The notes below the pieces were generated by a model. That model made no database searches and was not told the origin of the DNA. It saw nothing but the letters and a program-made list of their open reading frames with translations. The position numbers and the translations under genes are program-made. From an uncultured Alphaproteobacteria bacterium (GTDB lineage Bacteria > Pseudomonadota > Alphaproteobacteria > Rhizobiales > Rhodomicrobiaceae), in the NCBI GenBank assembly GCA_963706665.1, contig CAVPNP010000026.1, positions 4,678 through 68,677 of the forward strand: DNA of 64,000 nt. Direction: 5' to 3'. Shown here one piece after another: positions 51,724 through 63,055 of the stretch; position 1 is the first letter of the stretch, and every line of letters begins with the position of its first letter.

Positions 51724-53322
51724 ATGTTACGCTCCCTGCTGGGGCGCATGTTGGCGAATATGGCGCTTGCGGTAATGCTGACGAGTGTGGGAATTGCAGG
51801 AGCGCTCGCTCAAGCTGGCGGCGATGACCTCCCCGCGCTGAATAAGCAGGTCGATAAGCTTTACGCACGAGGCCAAATATTCGGAGGCAGTCGTGATTGC
51901 TCTGCGAGCGGTGGAGCTTGCGGAACGGCTGCGCGGCCCGGATCACGCGGACGTAAGTGAGCCGCTCTCTAACCTTGCTTTGCTGTATCAGGCGCAAGGC
52001 CGCTTTGCCGAGGCTGAGCCGCTCTCGAAGCGCGCCATCGCCATCGCCGAGAAGGCCCTGGGGCCCGATCACGTCGATGTCGCCATTCCGCTCAATAATC
52101 TTGCGACGCTGTACATAACGCAGGGGCGCCAGGCTGAGGCCGAGCCCCTGATGAAGCGCGCTGTTGTCATCTTGGAAAAGGCCAGGGGCGCGGATCATTC
52201 CGATTTAGCTGCTGCCGCTCAACAACCTGGCTGGGCTGTATAAAGAGCAGGGGCGCTATGCCGAGGCCGAGCCCCTTTTTAAGCGCGCCATCGCCATCGT
52301 CGAGAAGGGGACTGACCAATCCAATTTAAGCCTAATGCTGGGCAATCTTGGTGCGATCTACCAGATTCAGGACCGCCCCGCAGAGGCTGAACCGCTTTAT
52401 AAGCGCGCCTTGGCTAGTGCGGAGAAGTCTTTGCCGCCGGGCCACCCCAATATAGCCCAGTTACTGAATGTTCTTGGGGAACTGTACCGCGCTCAGGCCC
52501 GCTATTCTGAGGCCGAGCCGCTCTATAGGCGCGCCATCGCCATCGCTGAAAAGGCTCTGGGCCCCAACCACATTAACGTGGCCGGTCCGGTCGGCAATCT
52601 CGGCTCGTTATATGCGGCGCAAGGACGGAGCGACCGATGCCGAGCCTTTGATGAAGCGCGCCTTGGTTATCGCTGAGAAAACCTTTGGACCGATCACCCG
52701 CAGTTATCCGGCGCTAAACAACCTCGCTACACTGTATCTTGGTCAGGGCCGATATTCTGAGGCAGAGCCGCTTTTAAGCGCGCCCTTGCCTCGAGTGAGA
52801 GGACGCTGGGCACTGATCATCCGGCAACGGCCCAATCGCGCGGCATTCTCGCTATCGCTGTACCTTACCCAAAAGCGCTATGCTGAGGCTGAGCCGCTTA
52901 TGAAAAAAGCCTTAGCCGGCATCGAAAAGGCTTATGGACCGGATCATTCCGAGATGGGCACATTGCTCAATAATCTTGGCACGTATTATCACCGACTGGG
53001 ACGCTATGCAGAGGCTGAGCCGCTCCTAAAGCGCGCCCTCGCCATTCGCGAGAAAACGCTCGGGGCGGATCACCCCGATGTGGCCCAATCGCTTAGCAAT
53101 CTTGCTTCGCTCTATCACGACCAGGGCCGCTATGCGGAGGCTGAGCCGCTCTTGAAGCGTGCAATCGCCAGCGCTGAAAAAACTCTTGGACAGGAACACC
53201 CGCAGGTGGGCATTTTTGTAGGCAATCTTGCGGAAGTTTACAAGGCTCAGGGCCGATATGCCGAGGCTGAGCCGCTTGACAAACGCGCCTTCGAAATCCG
53301 GGAGAAGATAAAAATTCAGTGA
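51724..53322 (+). CDS. Exported TPR-repeat protein (about 42-aa kinesin-light-chain-like repeats), several frameshifts
   Basis: Repeated LNNLA.LY..QGRYAEAEPL.KRA..I.EK.LG.DHP over ORFs 51893, 52335 and 52468. Confidence 0.8.
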
Positions 53323-53450
53323 GTATTCGGGCTATGCCTATGCATAAAAAAGCGCGGTGTACTTGACCTGACGCCGCGCTGGATGCACCGTGGCGGCGCA
53401 TCATCGACGCCGAGGCCGCCACGCACGGGCGCTACGGCAAAAGCCTGAGT

Positions 53451-54020
53451 GTGACGCCCTTTATGTCCTTCTATACTCACCTCATCTTCGACGTGGCCGC
53501 AGCCGCGCTTATCACGCTGGACCTCCTCTTGCTTGCCACGGTTTTCTCGCGCTCGTTCAAGCTTTGGCCGACGCCCTCGACGAAAAGCTGGCAGCATTAT
53601 ACCTTTTGGCCGTTATTTCGCGGCGGCCTCGGTTTGACGCTCATTTACGCGATCATTACGGCGCGTTGGCCGGGCGAGGGTGAGATCTTGCGCTTCGCCA
53701 TTGGCCTTATCTGCGTAACCATCGGCTTCGGCTTTACGATTTACGGCTATTTCGATCTCGGCATCGAGAACACTTATGGCGCGGACGAGGGCTTGGTGAC
53801 GAACGGGCTCTACCGCTACAGCCGCAACCCGCAATATGTCGCCTCGATCCTCGGCTTTTTCGGCACGGGCCTTGCCCATGGCGGCATTCATGCCGTGATC
53901 CTCTGCGGGCTGGCCATCCTCGTCTATCTCATTATGCCCTATACCGAGGAGCCTTGGCTTGAGCGCGCCTATGGCGAGGTCTATGCGACCTACAAGTCGC
54001 GAACGCCGCGCTTCCTTTGA
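53451..54020 (+). CDS. PEMT/ICMT-family membrane methyltransferase
   Basis: LVTNGLYRYSRNPQY, EEPWLERAYGEVY..Y...TPRF. Confidence 0.85.
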   Translation: MTPFMSFYTHLIFDVAAAALITLDLLLLATVFSRSFKLWPTPSTKSWQHYTFWPLFRGGLGLTLIYAIITARWPGEGEILRFAIGLICVTIGFGFTIYGYFDLGIENTYGADEGLVTNGLYRYSRNPQYVASILGFFGTGLAHGGIHAVILCGLAILVYLIMPYTEEPWLERAYGEVYATYKSRTPRFL

Positions 54021-54027
54021 AAAACAG

Positions 54028-54065
54028 TGTGCGCCGCGTTCCTTTTCAGGCGTTCGCGGCGCACA
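54028..54065. terminator. Hairpin between convergent genes
   Basis: Perfect 11-bp stem TGTGCGCCGCG / CGCGGCGCACA. Confidence 0.5.
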
Positions 54066-54101
54066 TCTCTTTGGACTCCTTGGGTTTGCGATGTCCTCCG
54101 T

Positions 54102-54963
54102 TTATTTATAAGGCAATGCGGCAACCGCCGGGTGGAAGATGTAATTGACGCCAAGCTTAACGGTGTCAAAGCTCTGGTTTTCACGGAACCGGAAGTCGTT
54201 AAAGTTGTCGAAGCAGCAACGGCGGTCTTCATTGTCAAAGTCGAAGTGAAGATATTCTACTTTGACTGTCCAATTGGTGTTAAGGGCGTATTCGATACCG
54301 CCGCCAACGGTCCAACCTGTTGCTGTGCCATTGTTATTGTTGTCGTTATTTCTGAAGATCGTGAGTTACGCTACCGGACGCGATAACTGTTTCGGTAAGG
54401 TTGCCTCTGTCGCTGTTGAGCCACGCAAAGCCACCCTTGGCATAAAGCAGAGCGTTACCCCAGGCGTAACCGAGGCGGCCAGTGACGTCGCCGTAGAACC
54501 CCCCTCCATTGTCGTTTCCGTGAACGATCGCGACACTGGTCAAGGTCGAATTTGTTGCGATAAATGTGCGGTTATTGTTGGCGCCAAAGCCACCGATATC
54601 AGCTTCGATGCCGGCGACGAAGTTCGGGCCAAAGATGCCGAAATTCTGCCAATTGTAGCCCAATTGCGCGCCGCCGAAGACGTCGGAGTGATTCCTGTCT
54701 CTGCCGGTTGCTACGAACCCGGTCGATGCACCAGTGACAGGGAAAATGAAATTGTTGAAGAACCGGTCATTCTGATTATTGGAGGTCCAGTCGCCGCCGA
54801 TGTGACCGCCAATATAGAAGCCTTCCCAGAGAGGCGCGGCTATATAAACCGGCTGATCCTTGTAGCCGCCGCCCGAATAGATGTCGGCGGCGCTCGTTTC
54901 CAGGGCAGGCATTAGTGCGAGCGCGCCCAATATGGCCGCTCCCATTCGCATAACTTTCAACAT
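54102..54963 (-). CDS. Omp25/RopB-type outer membrane protein, frameshifted near 54365
   Basis: AAD after signal, WEGFYIGGH, GRLGYA, then GWTVGGGIEY, VKVEYLHFDF, VKLGVNY in another frame. Confidence 0.85.
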
Positions 54964-55118
54964 AACGCTTAATTCCCTCATTCTTTGGTTTGGCCCATAT
55001 GGTTAAGGCCTTGCCCGTGAAGTTAGCGGAACAGCGTTATCGAATGCTAAATCAGAGCGTGTATTTTTTATAATACACTATTTTTACATGTATAGCTGCT
55101 TGGCAGGTTGAGTATTCG

Positions 55119-58100
55119 CTAACTTATGGCCAAGAGGCTAGCATTGCCGCCCGCCGCTGCGGTGTTGATGCTGGTTGAGATTTCCTCCACCAGCCAGTCG
55201 AGACAATAATCCTGCGCGCCAGACTTAAGCGCCGCCGGCGTTGCTCCCTGTGTAAGCAGAAGCGGCCCTTCGAGTTCGCTGATGCGCTGATTGAGTTCAC
55301 GAAGGCGGTCTTCATTACCCTCGATGAGCGCAGCCGCCAACGGCCCCGCTGCACTCCAGTCGCGGTCAATCTTAATGCGAACGGCGACCGCACTGGGTAG
55401 ATCGCGCAATGCCTCTTCGACCCACTCGGCGGGATCGATTAACATTTCGTTGCTCGTGGCGAGTGCGGCGCCGATCTGAAGAAATAAGCCCGTTTCAGTT
55501 TCCGGCACGAGAAGCACCCGCCCACGCGGATGAAGCGCATAAACATTCCGCTCCCCGACAGGGCCAGGAAGTTCGATCTCCGTTCCAACGTATGAGCGCG
55601 CGGCATAGCCGAGGCAGTGTGCCACCTCGGCGCTGTGGCCTCGCGCCTTAAGCCATTCGACAAATTCAAGAAGTGGCCTCCGCGCACCAGCCGCGGCGAG
55701 TTCGCTGTTGCTCGCAAGGGGATTGGCGACGAGGCGGCGTAAATAGAGCGGGCCGCCAGCCTTGGGTCCGGTACCGGAGAGGCCCCGCCCGCCAAAGGGC
55801 TGCACGCCGACCACGGCTCCGATCATGTTGCGGTTTACATAGATATTGCCAACTCTCACACGCCTGCGAACATGCTCTATCATCTCGTCGAGCCGCGTAT
55901 GCAGACCGAAAGTGAGGCCATACCCCGTGCCGTTAATGTCATCGATGAGCTGGTCCAGTCCCTCGCGCCGGTATCGAACGACATGGAGCACCGGGCCGAA
56001 CACCTCGCGCTTCAGCTCGGATAAGCTCTCGATTTCAATAATCGTGGGCGGCAACAAAAGTGCCCCGCTCGGTTTCCGCCGAAAGCGTAGCTTCATAGAC
56101 ACGACGGCCTTTGGCGTGCATCGCCGAGATATGGCTTTCGATGGACTGCTTCGCTTCCGCGCTAATCACTGGCCCTATATCGACCGCGAGCCGGTCAGGA
56201 CGCCCGATAGCAAGTTCTTGGACCGCGCCTTTCAACATGGTGAGCGTGCGTTCGGCGATCTCCTCCTGCAGGCATAGCACACGCAGCGCGGAACAGCGCT
56301 GTCCGGCGCTGTCGAAGGCCGATGCGAGCACATCGGCGGCGACTTGTTCCGCAAGCGCTGAGGAATTGACAATCATCGCATTCTGGCCGCCCGTTTCAGC
56401 GATGAGCGGGATCGGTTGACCGCTCGGCAACAGTCGCTTCGCAAGTTGACGTTGGATGAGCCGGGCCACCTCGGTCGAGCCGGTGAACATCACCCCGCAT
56501 ATTGCATCATGACCGGCAAGAGCCGCGCCGACGCTACCATCACCTGGCAGGAATTGCAGGACATCGGCCGGAATGCCTGCCTCATGCAATATGCGCACGC
56601 CTTGCGCCGCGATGAGCGGTGTTTCCTCGGCGGGTTTTGCCAGAACGGGATTGCCCGCAACGAGCGCCGCAGCGATTTGGCCGGTGAAGATCGCCAGCGG
56701 GAAATTCCACGGGCTGATGCAGGCGACCGGTCCAAGAGGCTGCTCTTTGCCGGAGAATGTGCGGCGCGCCTCGAACGCGTAATAACGCAGGAAGTCAATT
56801 GCCTCGCGCACTTCGGAGATGGCGTTTGGCAGAGATTTCCCAGCCTCGCGGACAATGAGGCCGAGCAGTTCAGGCATTCTCGCCTGCATCAGATCGGCGG
56901 CGCGAGAAAGACAGGCTGCGCGCTCTACGACAGGAATCGATGCCCAGCGCGAAGCGGCAAGCGCTGCGTCTTTCACCGCCGCATTAACCTGCGCCTCTGA
57001 TGCCTCACTGACGCGGCCAACGATGTCGGAGTAATCCGCCGGGTTGACCATGGGCCTGAACGAATCGCGAACTTCTTCCCCGACGAGCATCGGCGCTGCC
57101 GTCCATTCGGCTTTTCCGCTTTCCGCCAATACTGCAGAGAGACGCGCCAATTCGGCTTCATTGGTGAGATCAATGCCCGCCGAGTTCCGCCTATAAGGCG
57201 CGTATAGCTCCCTTGGAAGCGCAATGGCTGGGTTGGGCGCGCCCACGACCTCCATGCGGCGCACGGCTTCAACCGGATCTTCGATAAGCGCGCTGACCGG
57301 CACTTTTGCGTCGGCAATTCGATGCACGAATGAGCTGTTCGCGCCATTTTCCAGAAGACGGCGCACCAGATAGGCGAGCAGCGTCTCATGAGTGCCAACA
57401 GGCGCATAGATGCGGCAAGGCCGGTTCAGCTTCGACGGCCCAATGACTTCCTCATAGAGCGGTTCACCCATCCCGTGCAGGCATTGGAATTCGTATCGGC
57501 CAAGCTTGAAGTCCTTGCCCGCCATTGCGTGAATGGTCGCCAGCGTGTGCGCATTGTGGGTCGCGAATTGCGGGAAGACCAGGTCCCCTGCTTCAAGCAG
57601 CTTTTTCGCGCAAGCGATGTAAGAAACGTCGGTATAGAGCTTTCGCGTGTAGACGGGGAAACTCTCAAGCCCGTCAACCTGCGCCTTTTTTATCTCCGAG
57701 TCCCAATAAGCGCCCTTGACCAAGCGCACCATAATGCGATGGCCGCTGCGCCGCGCTAGGTCGATGAGGAAATCGATAACGAAGGGGCAGCGCTTGCCAT
57801 AGGCCTGAACGACGAAGCCGAGGCCATTCCAGCCTGCCAAGTCCGGATCATGGCAAAGAGCCTCCAGAAGATCGAGCGAGATTTCAAGCCGGTCCGCTTC
57901 CTCCGCGTCGATGTTGAGTCCGATGTCGTAACGGCGCGCAAGGGTCGCGAGAGTCTTCAGCCGGGGCAGGAGTTCACCCATGACACGGCCAGCCTGCGCG
58001 CGGGAATAGCGAGGATGAAGCGCGGACAGCTTGATCGAGATGCCGTCGCCATCATAGACGCCACGCCCGGCGGACGCCCTGCCAACGGCGTGAATTGCAT

Positions 58101-58854
58101 TTTCATATAATGCGTAATATCGCTTCGCGTCCCCGGCCGTCACTGCGCCTTCGCCAAGCATATCAAAGGAGTAGCGAAAGCCTTTAGCCTTCATTCGCCT
58201 ACTGTTGGCGAGTGCCTCATCAATCGTCTCGCCGGTGACGAACTTTTCGCCCATCATCCGCATCGCCATGTCAACGCCTTTGCGGATCACCGGCTCGCCG
58301 TAACGCCCAATGAGACGGTTAAGCGCCACGGATAGGCCGCCTTCGTTCACCGTCGATGTAAGCTTGCCCGTGATGATAAGACTCCAGGTCGCGGCATTGA
58401 CGAAGAGCGAGCGGCCCTTGCCGAGATGAGAGCGCCAATCACCCGCCGCGATCTTGTCGCGGATTAGCGCATCGCGCGTTGCATTGTCGGGAACGCGCAA
58501 CAGCGCTTCCGCCAGGCACATAAGCGCCACGCCTTCCTGGCTCGAAAGGGCGTATTCATGAATGAGCCCATCGAGAATCGTGCCGCCATGCTTGGCCCGG
58601 AGCGCTTCCACGAGCTTCCGCGCCGTGTTCGACGCAGCAGCGCTCACCTCCGCCGGAAGGCTTGCAGCGGCGATGAGAGCAGGCACGCATTCGGGTTCTG
58701 CGCGCCGGTAAGCCGCTGTAATATGGCGTCTTAGTTCTGATGCTGGACTGATCGCGGGCGCAAAATCGGCGAAGGGCAGGCGAGGCGATGTCTCGTCTTC
58801 AGGCACGCCGGAGCGGAGAGCAGCCAGATCAGGGTTAGCTTGGGGCACGCCCAT
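55119..58854 (-). CDS. putA: Bifunctional proline dehydrogenase / P5C dehydrogenase PutA, frameshifted near 56050
   Basis: SFDMLGE, RLVKGAYWD, FATHN, RRLLENGANSSF, ETGG, GQRCSA, REVFGP, NTAAAGGNA. Confidence 0.95.
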
Positions 58855-58985
58855 AGTTCGATCCTTTTATCGCCGGACCCCACTCCAAAAGCGTATGAAT
58901 TGCCCACCTAAGATTTAGTCTGTATGCGCCGCATATCCATAGGCGAAAAGCCGCTAATTATTTGCGTAAACAGCAAAAAGTGCCC

Positions 58986-59396
58986 TCAAACCGGTGGTGG
59001 AGAAGGCGGGACTAGCTTAGCTTCAAGGCGGCACACTGTATTCCAAGCGCCATCGCCTTCTCGGTATTGGAGCGTAATATCCCCTGGGGATACTATCGGA
59101 ATTGGTACTGGTGGTATTACAAGCGCAATGTCCTCTTTTTCCCCGACCTGCACTGCCATGTTACCTATAATAGCTTCAGTTCGGTCCGGCGCCTGCACCC
59201 GAAACTGCACATGATAATTGCCTTTCACTGATGGCTTAGCTAGCATCCAGAAGCCAAGAGCGATTTGTGATGGAAAAAACGGTAAGCCAAGATTGCCGGA
59301 GTACACACCAATCAGGATGTGTTTACCGCTGATTTCCTGCCTAATGTCATCACATGCAATTGCATGTGAGATGTTTATTGAGGCTAGTTCGCTCAT
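58986..59396 (-). CDS. Hypothetical beta-rich protein (DUF6941-like)
   Basis: ACDDIRQEISGKHILIGVY N-terminal motif; ATGA overlap with the upstream gene. Confidence 0.65.
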   Translation of the reverse strand: MSELASINISHAIACDDIRQEISGKHILIGVYSGNLGLPFFPSQIALGFWMLAKPSVKGNYHVQFRVQAPDRTEAIIGNMAVQVGEKEDIALVIPPVPIPIVSPGDITLQYREGDGAWNTVCRLEAKLVPPSPPPV

Positions 59397-59866
59397 GCCC
59401 TAACCCATTGAGATATAATCTTCGGTCGGGGAACGGTGGTTTCTGGCCGATCTAATTTGTTGTCTAGCTTCAGGCTAACAGAAGTCTCCTGTTTGGAGCT
59501 AGAAAGGGCGTTCGCCTCTGTTAGCCATTCGTCACCCCGAAAATTTCGGCGGGCTCTGCCTTCGAAGAGCGTGGAATGTGGTTCTAATTCTTCCGAGCTA
59601 ATTCCCGCCAAAAGGTGGGCCACTGTCTCTATCGTCCAGTTACCAGGAGCACCCAACAGCCTAGTTATAACTTCTGGTCTCCGGTTTATTCGACGCGCCA
59701 AATCTGCGCGCGTAAATCCGTCACGACGCTGCCTCTCCATGAACTTCTTCAAGACATGATCATAAAGCCTATCTTTGGCGCGCGCTCCAAGGTAAGCCAA
59801 AGTGCCTTCCGAAATTGGCTCCCCAGACGTGATCTCAGACAGGAAACGTGTCGGACGCGTAGTCAT
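59393..59866 (-). CDS. Putative Xre-type HTH protein (antitoxin-like) with C-terminal extension
   Basis: GFTRADLARRINRRPEVITRLL...NWTIETVAHL. Confidence 0.65.
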   Translation of the reverse strand: MTTRPTRFLSEITSGEPISEGTLAYLGARAKDRLYDHVLKKFMERQRRDGFTRADLARRINRRPEVITRLLGAPGNWTIETVAHLLAGISSEELEPHSTLFEGRARRNFRGDEWLTEANALSSSKQETSVSLKLDNKLDRPETTVPRPKIISQWVRA

Positions 59867-60386
59867 CGTGGCTATCCCCATGGATTGGTTTGTAAGTGTT
59901 AAACAACTTGCGCCATTCGGCCTTGGTTTCTCTCTTGGCGTTCCTCCATAGAGTTGAATCCTTGTCCCCAAGGGGGAATCTTTGAGAATAAGGTATCTCT
60001 CTACTTCTCGGCGACCAGAACAATGCAACAAAGGTGTCTTTGGCAGCAAAACGCCCAAAAAGTCGAAGCGAAGGGCTCGGTGCTCTTGACCTGATATCCC
60101 AGACTTCATCCTCCGGTTTGTCGAGCCTGCCCATATAAGCAGTGCGTGCGACATACCCCTGTAAACAAACGCTAATTATGTTCCCAGTGACGAAAGCTTC
60201 CAACGTTGCGCGAAGCCTATTGCATCGGCGTTCCCAGAGCTTATCGGGCCACGGTCCTTCGATTAACTCATGGATTTCATTTGAGATTATCAGATTACGC
60301 ACTACGGGATCGCTCTCAAAAGTCGGCATTAATTGAAAAAGGCGCCCTTCTTCAATCCTGGCCCTGATTTCGTCCTGTATTGACAT
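59835..60386 (-). CDS. Hypothetical protein, possible RelE/HigB-like toxin
   Basis: DEVWDIR...SLRLFGRF...TFVAL pattern; first gene of an overlapping three-gene unit. Confidence 0.45.
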   Translation of the reverse strand: MSIQDEIRARIEEGRLFQLMPTFESDPVVRNLIISNEIHELIEGPWPDKLWERRCNRLRATLEAFVTGNIISVCLQGYVARTAYMGRLDKPEDEVWDIRSRAPSPSLRLFGRFAAKDTFVALFWSPRSREIPYSQRFPLGDKDSTLWRNAKRETKAEWRKLFNTYKPIHGDSHDDYASDTFPV

Positions 60387-60395
60387 ATAAGTCAA
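60380..60395. promoter_or_regulatory. Palindromic candidate operator over the start codon
   Basis: TTGAC-ATATAA-GTCAA inverted repeat spanning the ATG at 60386. Confidence 0.45.
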
Positions 60396-60685
60396 CAGCC
60401 CCACTGTAGCAAGTATCGCCTTAAAGCCATGTGAAAAAATCATTCGAAAACGCGCCCTGAATTTGCGCCTTTAAAATACGAGCTGTTTTGCCCCCTCGAA
60501 AGCTCAAGCGCTAAATGCCAAACCACTTCTAGACCGAAAATTCAGAGCCAAATTTCAACCTGATACCCTATCCGAACGCGAAGGAATACGTGCCTTCGCC
60601 GCACATTCCGTACCTCTTAATAAGCTCTTAACGTCGCCGTAACAGACTATTCTCAGTTGAGAAGGCCGGTTAACAGGAGGCGAGA

Positions 60686-61080
60686 ATGCCCCACATGCAA
60701 CAATCGGCGGGAGGCGTCGATTTAAAAAGCTTCAACAAACCCGATGAAATACGCGAGTTTCCCAAGGGACGGCTGGAACTTGTCAAGTCGGAGGCGCAAC
60801 TATTGGCCGCGCCGTGCTCGAGCCTGGCTGGCGTTGGTCGGAATCAATTCAGCCCATTGCAAAGACGAAAAGCTGCGAGGCTCCACATTTTCAGTATCAT
60901 GTTGCTGGCGTGGTCCGCATCAAAATGGATGACGGCCAGGAGTTTGACTGCAAGCCGGGCGATGTTTCTTTGCTCTGTGCTGGGCATGATGCTTGGGTCG
61001 TCGGAAACGAAGCGGTGGTCGTCGTCGATTTCCAGGGAATGGTCGATTTCGCCAGCCAAGGGCATTCGGACGAGCAATAA
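60686..61080 (+). CDS. Cupin-domain protein, frameshifted near 60790
   Basis: KSFNKPDEIREFPKGR then EPGWRWS, SCEAPHFQYH, GHDAWVVG; AGGAGG RBS. Confidence 0.8.
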
Positions 61081-61115
61081 GCGCTCCACATTGGGATCGA
61101 GCAAAGGGAACGGCA

Positions 61116-61331
61116 TTGGCGGCGGGCAAAATCATCATTATCGCCGGTTTGATCCTGATAGCGTTCGGGGCCGTATGGATTTTGGCTGATCGCCTGGGTC
61201 TCGGGCTCGGCCGGCTGCCGGGCGACATTTTCATCGAGCGCGGAAATTTTCGCATCTATCTGCCAATTGCGACCAGCTTGATCGTGAGCTTAGCCGTGTC
61301 GCTTGTCCTATGGTTGGTCAGCCGACTCTAA
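61116..61331 (+). CDS. DUF2905 small membrane protein
   Basis: LGRLPGDIFIERGNFRIYLPIATS. Confidence 0.8.
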   Translation: MAAGKIIIIAGLILIAFGAVWILADRLGLGLGRLPGDIFIERGNFRIYLPIATSLIVSLAVSLVLWLVSRL

Positions 61332-61505
61332 GCCAGAAGTGGCAATAAGCGTGGATTTCCCGCATTAATTGTTTCAAATGCCAAAGTGCTGCCGTACTCT
61401 CTGGTGCAATTGTAGATTGCAAGTCTGGTCCCGCCTGCGCTTTAAGGCTGTGGATGACCAGGTCGTGGCGCGTTCAGCTAATTGAGATGAGATCTTAGGC
61501 GGAGC

Positions 61506-62189
61506 GTGACGGTGACGACGCCCTACGATGTGCTTGGAATTTCTGCCGATGCCGACGATGAGACGATACGAAGAGCCTTCAGGAAAGCGGCCAAGCAGTT
61601 TCATCCCGATCTGAACGCCGGCAACAGTGCGGCGGAACGTCATTTTAGGCGGGTTATCGCCGCGCGAGCCGCACTCTCGAACCCTCGACAACGGGGGATT
61701 TACGATGGGCATGTGGATGGTGAAAGCCAGCGCTGGCGAAGCCTATGGCGGGATGCCCGGTCCCGAATCATCGCTTGTGTTCTCGCAGGCGCAGCGGCGG
61801 CAGGAATTTTGTTCGCTTTTTCGGATTCGTCACCAGAGCCTATTGCGGAGGGCTCTTCGCTGGAAGCTTTGGTTGAAGTGCCAAAAACGAGCGTTTCCGA
61901 GGAGGCCCCTGATGCCGAGTTTGCGGAAATCAAGTCCATGCGTGACCGCAGAGAAACACCCGGTGCAGATCCAGCCCAAACCTATTCTGACTGGAGCATT
62001 ATCGGCGGCAACAGCAATGAGCTTATGCTCAGCCGTCCAATGCCCGGAGGCTTAGCTGCGAAGCATCGCTCCAAGCCCAAAATAAGCAATTGGCAACGCG
62101 AAGCTCCCAAGAGCATTTCCAAGAGGCTCATCACATTCTGGCGTCAGATCGAGGCAAAAATTCAATCTGTTAAGCTTCCGAAGACATGA
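61506..62189 (+). CDS. J-domain membrane protein
   Basis: PYDVLG, IRRAFRK, HPD, one TM segment. Confidence 0.75.
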   Translation: MTVTTPYDVLGISADADDETIRRAFRKAAKQFHPDLNAGNSAAERHFRRVIAARAALSNPRQRGIYDGHVDGESQRWRSLWRDARSRIIACVLAGAAAAGILFAFSDSSPEPIAEGSSLEALVEVPKTSVSEEAPDAEFAEIKSMRDRRETPGADPAQTYSDWSIIGGNSNELMLSRPMPGGLAAKHRSKPKISNWQREAPKSISKRLITFWRQIEAKIQSVKLPKT

Positions 62190-62302
62190 ATACCGCATAG
62201 TGACCGCATCTTGAGGCAGGCTTCCTGCTCATTATATGAAGTTAACAATAATAATGATCAACGATTCTGCGAACAAGCGGTAACTGAATTAGGAAAAAAT
62301 CT

Positions 62303-62608
62303 ATGCGTATGAGTAATAAGTTGGCAGTACTTGCTTCAGGTTTCGTAATTTTTGCTGTTCCTATGCTTTCAACATTCGCTGAAGCTCGGACAACAACTAG
62401 GAACCATCGCCACTATCGGCATCATCATTATGTCAGAGCGCCACATCAAGCTCGCGGGGGCTATTACGAGAACTTCTTGCAGACCCCCCGAGGCGAACTC
62501 ATAGACAGCCAGGGTTGGAGATATCACGATGGATCATGGGACAACACGTGTTTCAATCTTCCTTATCTTCCCGCCCAATATGCATGTAGCGCCAAGGGCG
62601 GTTGGTAA
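62303..62608 (+). CDS. Small exported His/Arg-rich hypothetical protein
   Basis: AGGA RBS, signal ending AEA, RNHRHYRHHH, two Cys. Confidence 0.55.
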   Translation: MRMSNKLAVLASGFVIFAVPMLSTFAEARTTTRNHRHYRHHHYVRAPHQARGGYYENFLQTPRGELIDSQGWRYHDGSWDNTCFNLPYLPAQYACSAKGGW

Positions 62609-63055
62609 GCGGAAAACACTTCGCAGCATGAAGCCCAGCCCTGGACACGGGGCGGGCGAATGCTGTGGCCATCACAGCGCGAGCCTTTAAACTCTGTCGT
62701 AGATCTTCTTACCCTCCTGGGCTGCCTGGGCTGCCTGGGGGGCTATCGAGGGTATCAACGACCTGATGTCGCCGGTTATCTTCCATCCTGAGCGGCCGAT
62801 AGCGCCGGATTCTCCCAGAGATAACATTCAAGCTCACGCGCCGACTCGGCCGTATGCTTCGGCGTCACAATTCTCGGTAAATCTTTTTTCAGGCGCGTAT
62901 CTGTTGCCGCGCGAGCTGCAAAGTTTGAGATTAATTGATAGAATCGCCAGCAGTTAACCGAGCGGATTTATAAAAGCAGGCTCTCTGGCCCTCCGCCGCC
63001 AGCCGTGCTAGTCATCTCAAAATCTCACAGAATTCCGAAAGTCACACCAAGCCCG

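Noticed and set aside
51900-53300. Regularly recurring GCCGAGGCTGAGCCGCT as a CRISPR-like array
   Set aside because: Period of about 126 nt is the coding TPR repeat (AEAEPL); spacers are homologous and there are no cas genes
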